Source of the DNA: Tubiluchus corallicola
Taxonomy: Eukaryota; Animalia; Priapulida
Assembly: GCA_030141605.1 (NCBI GenBank)
Contig: JAQGDQ010000120.1
Coordinates: forward strand, 124,001 to 188,000
Length of the DNA stretch: 64,000 nucleotides
Reading direction: 5' to 3'
Numbering within the stretch: the first letter of the stretch is position 1; every line of letters starts with the position of its first letter. The translations under genes and the position numbers were made by a program. A model generated the notes under the pieces. It was given only the letters and a program-made list of their open reading frames with translations. It was not told the origin of the DNA and searched no databases. Positions 62,820 through 64,000 of this stretch are shown here, one piece after another.

Positions 62820-64000
62820 TCATTGTGTAGCGGCAGACAGAGCTAAATGTTCAGTTTGTGTGTTGCCGCTCGAGTCAGGTATAACAGTAGTACTATCTGG
62901 TACAACACTGTTGTGATTTTTACCATTAATGTTGTCCACATCGTTAGCTTTTGTATAGATCACCATCGGCACTGTCGTGTCTGCAGTTTTTAAGCACAGT
63001 CGCTTGATGGAGAGTGCGCATGCATTCTGACATAGGATGTCGTTGAATTCTTTACGGAAGTTATCGTTCAGCCAACCATACAGCAGAGGATTTGAGCAAG
63101 CTGAACTCATAGCCATCATGTAGCACACAGCGAATATGGTGTACTGTTGGCCAGATTCAATGCCTAATGCACTACTGGATGGTGAAAAGTAAAACATAAT
63201 CATGTTGAAAATGTTTAAGGGTAGCCACGAGAGGGCGAACACGGCTGCCACGGCAATGAGGAGTTGATTGGTACGGCGTGTCCGTCGAGCTTCAATCTCG
63301 CGCCGTCGTTGGTCTTTCGTTGAGCTGACATGAGTCACCATCCTATATTCTAGACGGTGGCATATGCGAGCATACGCTAAGCTAACGATGAGAATAGGCA
63401 GTACATATTGACACACTAACATAGCACAAGTGAACACAAGGCCCCCGTAAGTTATTGGCCAGTTTTCAGCGCACACCACGCCAATATTCACCTGACAGTC
63501 CTCACATGTAGAGTCTATAGGTAACTCGCAATCCATGCAGTTTTCACATGATTCCTTGCAAGTTTTGTGTAACCATAGCGACAACTGCCTCGCTTCGTGA
63601 TAGATAAACATAGGCGTGGCCAATAGGAAGGAAAACATCCAAACACCAGCAAGAAGAAGGAGTGAACCCAGCTTTTGAACACATTCCTTGGTAGGGTAAA
63701 CAATTACCTGATACCTATCCAACGCAATGGCTGTTATGCTAATGGTTGACACTAGCACGTTAGTAGCTTGAATGGAACGGACGAACTTGCACATGAATGG
63801 CCCTAGTATCCAGTCTTTGTGCAGAAGTGTGGCTAAAGTAAACGGCATGGTGAAAAGACACAATATAAGATCAGATAGTGCCAGATTGACTATGAACAGA
63901 TTTCTGGCAGTCCTCATCTGAGGCTTTCTGATCACTGCTGCAACAACCAGACAATTTCCAAAAGCACCGATGCAGATTAATAAGCAGAACATGGCGATGA
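62820..64000 (-). CDS. NPFR: Neuropeptide F / NPY-family receptor (class A GPCR), 5'-truncated by the window edge
   Basis: RKPQMRTARNLFIVNLALSDLILCLFTMPFTL, VSTISITAIALDRYQVIVYP, SWLPLN, MSSACSNPLLYGWLNDNFRKEF closely resemble protostome NPF receptors; the frame stays open to the window end, so the listed Met (63992) lies within TM1. Confidence 0.88.
   Translation of the reverse strand, partial: IAMFCLLICIGAFGNCLVVAAVIRKPQMRTARNLFIVNLALSDLILCLFTMPFTLATLLHKDWILGPFMCKFVRSIQATNVLVSTISITAIALDRYQVIVYPTKECVQKLGSLLLLAGVWMFSFLLATPMFIYHEARQLSLWLHKTCKESCENCMDCELPIDSTCEDCQVNIGVVCAENWPITYGGLVFTCAMLVCQYVLPILIVSLAYARICHRLEYRMVTHVSSTKDQRRREIEARRTRRTNQLLIAVAAVFALSWLPLNIFNMIMFYFSPSSSALGIESGQQYTIFAVCYMMAMSSACSNPLLYGWLNDNFRKEFNDILCQNACALSIKRLCLKTADTTVPMVIYTKANDVDNINGKNHNSVVPDSTTVIPDSSGNTQTEHLALSAATQ

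Overview
AT-rich animal (invertebrate, probably protostome) genomic DNA with GT-AG spliceosomal introns; nothing prokaryotic and no CRISPR array. Nine protein-coding genes were reconstructed by hand with phase-consistent splice junctions: UTP14 (-, 12 exons), NOM1 (+, single-exon CDS), VMA21 (+, single-exon CDS), GNB1L (+, 3 exons), CDK8 (-, 13 exons), an orphan class A GPCR (+) nested in the last CDK8 intron, PSMB4 (-, 8 exons), VIPAS39/SPE-39 (+, single-exon CDS) and an NPF/NPY-type receptor (-, N-terminus outside the window). Introns and intergenic DNA carry many transposon relics (PIF/Harbinger MITEs and a deleted Harbinger, hAT MITEs, Gypsy integrase and CR1-type LINE fragments), a compound microsatellite and small tandem duplications. 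Most notable: (1) an operon-like NOM1-VMA21-GNB1L block with only 75 bp between the VMA21 stop and the GNB1L start, and an unpaired branchpoint/3' splice site ahead of VMA21; (2) two head-to-head pairs that each couple an intron-rich gene to an intronless one; (3) a six-cysteine insert in the second extracellular loop of the NPF receptor. All family assignments come from motif recognition, not database searches.
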